Shown here piece by piece: positions 61,138 to 64,000 of a stretch of 64,000 bases of DNA (positions are counted from its first letter, which is position 1; the number at the start of each line of letters is the position of its first letter). Under the pieces are notes generated by a model. That model made no database searches. It was not told where the DNA came from and saw nothing but the letters and a program-made list of their open reading frames with translations. Made by a program: the position numbers and the translations under genes. Origin of the DNA: Anthoceros angustus. Taxonomy: Eukaryota > Plantae > Anthocerotophyta. The stretch lies in contig MU008153.1 of assembly GCA_010909165.1 (NCBI GenBank), forward strand, positions 868,001 through 932,000, written 5' to 3'.

Positions 61138-61326
61138 TAACCTCAGCCATTGTATCCCCAGGACAACCGACCAACCGAACCCGTGCTATTTCTTTGTATT
61201 TTGGATAAGAAACGTACAACGCAGAAACCAGAGCATTTAACCTCAGCCAGGACGAGTGACCAACTGGACTCGTGTCATTTCTTTCTATTTTGGATAAGAA
61301 ACGTACAACGCAAAAACCAGAGCATT
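61138..61326. repeat. ~100-bp diverged tandem duplication
   Basis: AACCTCAGCC...TTTTGGATAAGAAACGTACAACGCA.AAACCAGAGCATT occurs twice. Confidence 0.75.
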
Positions 61327-61917
61327 ATAATCACCAATGCACCCGGACTCCGACACATACACGACCTTCTCTTTCACTATTTTTATCTACCTCATAGCTT
61401 CCTTCTATATATCTCACTCACTCCTGAGACTTTTCGGCCTTGGAGTTCTCATAACCTTCCACATACTTATAAATTGATAGATCAATATTAAAGTTTATTA
61501 CACGCTGTAGGTCTGGCTCTTGAAAAATATGCATATATAATTAAAATAGTATATTATATAATTTATTTAAATTATTTATTAGTTTTTATCTATTAGATAA
61601 ACAGTGAAAATTTTTATTGTACCTATTGGCCACCTGTGTGCTGGCCCGATTTGATCGTGAATCGCGATTCGCGATTCGCGATTTTCACGATTCTCACGGT
61701 TGTGGGGGGTTTTATGTGAACACGCCGGCGGCCGCGAGGGTCCTTCGGGACTCGAGCGTCTCGCGGAGCAAGGCAGATGCTTGCCATTATATGCCGCGGC
61801 CTCGAGTTGGTGGTACAGTAAAAAGCGCCATCAACTCCGCCAACCCAGTGCCGTGTCAAGTGAATCGTACACGCACGACTAGTATGTACATATACGGTCC
61901 GATGTCACAGCCGATGG

Positions 61918-61965
61918 ACGGCTGTGGCTGGGGCTGTGGCTGGGGCTGGGGCTGGGGCTGGGGCA
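61918..61965. repeat. (GGCTGT/GGCTGG)n hexamer microsatellite
   Basis: About 7-8 units visible. Confidence 0.8.
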
Positions 61966-64000
61966 GGTCACAGGTAGCAAACTGGCGGGCGACGTGTCCA
62001 CCCTGCGCACCTCTGCAGGCGCTCGTGCCTGCTTTTTCTCGGAATACGTTTGCAGAGGTGTCAGGAGGTAAGGGTGGGTCGTTTCACACTGGCGTCGCGG
62101 GAGGATTCGGGCGTTTATGGACCTTCGAGCTTTTCTGTTGGCGGGAGCGGGGAGCCCGGACCCGTGAGCGGACTGGCGGGTCGGCGGATTTGCGGACTCG
62201 AGGTGAGGTGAGGTGAGGTGAAGTGCATTTGCGATCGGATCGTGGAAGGTCGCTGCGATGCGGTGTCTGCGTAAGCGCCGGGAGCTTTTCTTGAAGCAGA
62301 TGCCGGTGGCCGAGTGGCGGTGTGCTAGTGTGCCTTGTGCGTCCGCCTTTGCAAAATAATTTGGTTTGCAACGCAAGGAAGACAAGGCGGATCGAGGAGC
62401 ATGAAATTTCTTCGATTTGTGTAGGTGATGCTGTTGAAGATGGAGGTGGCTTGAGACAGGAGTGAGCTTCATCGTAGCGTGGCCTCCGGAAGTTGCATGT
62501 GTGATGCGAGATCCGTGTTTCAGATTTCCAAACATTGGTCGTATAGAGCGTGGTGCTGGAGGGTGAGGGATAGACCATGTCATTGTTTGTACAGTAGTTG
62601 TTGTGTAGGTCGGTTTTGCAGCGCCTATTATTGGTCGGACTGGTGTGCGGTGCAACTTCATCAGCTGCCTCGCATCACATTTAGATGAATCTCATTCGTT
62701 TTAAGCGATCTCATCAGAGGTGCGGCCTGATTCCATGCAGATCTGGAGATCTTATAAGTTGCAGAGCAAAGAGAAATACATTCCCCAGCTTTTGCAGAAT
62801 TGCAGGTTGCCTCTCGCATTGTTGACGGGGCGGTAAGTGACGGGGTGGAGGCAAGTCGTGCTGTGCGAATAAGCTGATGTCAGGGCATGTGACCTTTCTT
62901 CAGCAGCTGAAGGACATGATTTTACTAATCAAGATCAACAGGCGGTCAAAGCTCAGAGGCATTTTTGGCGCGGAAACGGGCCTGGGACAGTGTGCGAGCA
63001 GGTGGATGCACGAATGTATTGGCAAAGTCCGATCTAGACTACCATGTTTTCGCCAGGGAACTCAACAAGCTCCTTCCACCGATCACCAGAGCTGCATTGT
63101 TCTGCGTGCTTCAGCTGTCGCTTTCGTCGCTTGCGAAATTTTGCAGACCGTGCGACTCCTCCGCGTCTCTAACTTCGAATCTTCCCCGTGGGGACTCCCC
63201 CTACGGAATGCAGATATCTTTCACATCATGGGATTATAACAAGTCTCACACATTGGGGCGTCTGCAGATCTGGCACGTGCTGGCCCAGGACTCATTGGAC
63301 GGCCAATTTGGATGCCACGCTTGCAACCGTGGTCGGGTGCAACGTTGGAACTGAAGTAACTATCCGAGCCTGCCTCGGTTGAATCATTTGAGTTATGTGT
63401 GAAGACTTGAAGACATGATGCGTAAAACCCTCATCCTTGTTGGTAGGTAACTCCAGTCGTGGTAGTGAAACATAGCACTACGTACATGTACTTGCTGTGT
63501 TACCCCTGGAATATTGCTTGCTTCCAATCTGGATCTCTTTCTGCAACACGGTCCCAGGGGACTGGGGGGTGCCTGTCAGGGATCTTGTTCTTTTACAGTC
63601 ACATTGTCGAATTGATATACCTGGAGGATGGTGGGTCGCACTTGCGGTCTGCAACGGCGGTCAAGAACTTGCAGATTCCTCTGTATGCACCAAGCGCCAC
63701 CATGCAGACGCGTGATACTGTGGAACGCTTGGACACTAGTACTGCCTCACCTGCAGTTGCAGTTTTCAGCACATTCAAGTGTCGGAACCTCAGCAGAAGT
63801 TGCAGTTTTCTCCACATGTCTGATAGAACTGTAGAAGAGGACAACGGGATTGAGTCCGAATTATATTACAATTTCCGTAGTCACCAACATGAGGCTACGA
63901 AGAGTGCGTCCACTGATACTGATAGGACAAGCAGCAAACAACTGTATTGCAACTGATGAGGTTTGCACCTCCTACGAAAGCTTCATATTTTTGGTCATCC

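Noticed and set aside
61617-64000. Several 130-260 aa ORFs at the window end
   Set aside because: Mutually overlapping GC-rich frames without recognisable motifs; probably the promoter/UTR of a gene beyond the window.
1-64000. tRNA, rRNA or snRNA genes; prokaryotic defence systems or horizontally acquired genes
   Set aside because: No cloverleaf, rRNA-like or bacterial operon-like sequence recognised by eye; a tRNAscan-SE/Infernal run would be needed to exclude small RNAs.

Overview
Eukaryotic nuclear DNA from a land plant. Compact GT-AG introns of about 80-230 bp, PLS-type PPR remnants, 4CL and single-domain DUF26 genes suggest a non-seed plant such as a hornwort, moss or lycophyte; this is an inference. 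Intact genes: CUL1 (+), ALDH3 (+), an intronless RNF170-like E3 (-) head-to-head with an SMP/C2 NTMC2T6-like gene (+), an IWS1/SPN1-like gene with a 32-aa repeat expansion (-), a 978-aa single-exon orphan with a C-terminal TM helix (-), two divergent Gnk2/DUF26 secreted proteins (-), a receptor-like kinase with an unrecognised ectodomain (-) and an intronless 4CL (-). The orphan+IWS1 pair is tandemly duplicated, with one gene decayed in each copy. The spacers are full of transposon debris: Copia and Gypsy remnants, a CACTA end, two Tc1/mariner-type MITE families, a TIR element with a 6-bp TSD nested in a MITE, poly(A) TPRT insertions with 14-15 bp TSDs, and several copies of a restriction-like-endonuclease (CRE/R2-group) LINE with 10-12 bp TSDs. 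All gene models, alignments and family assignments were made by eye without database searches, so coordinates may be off by a few bases.
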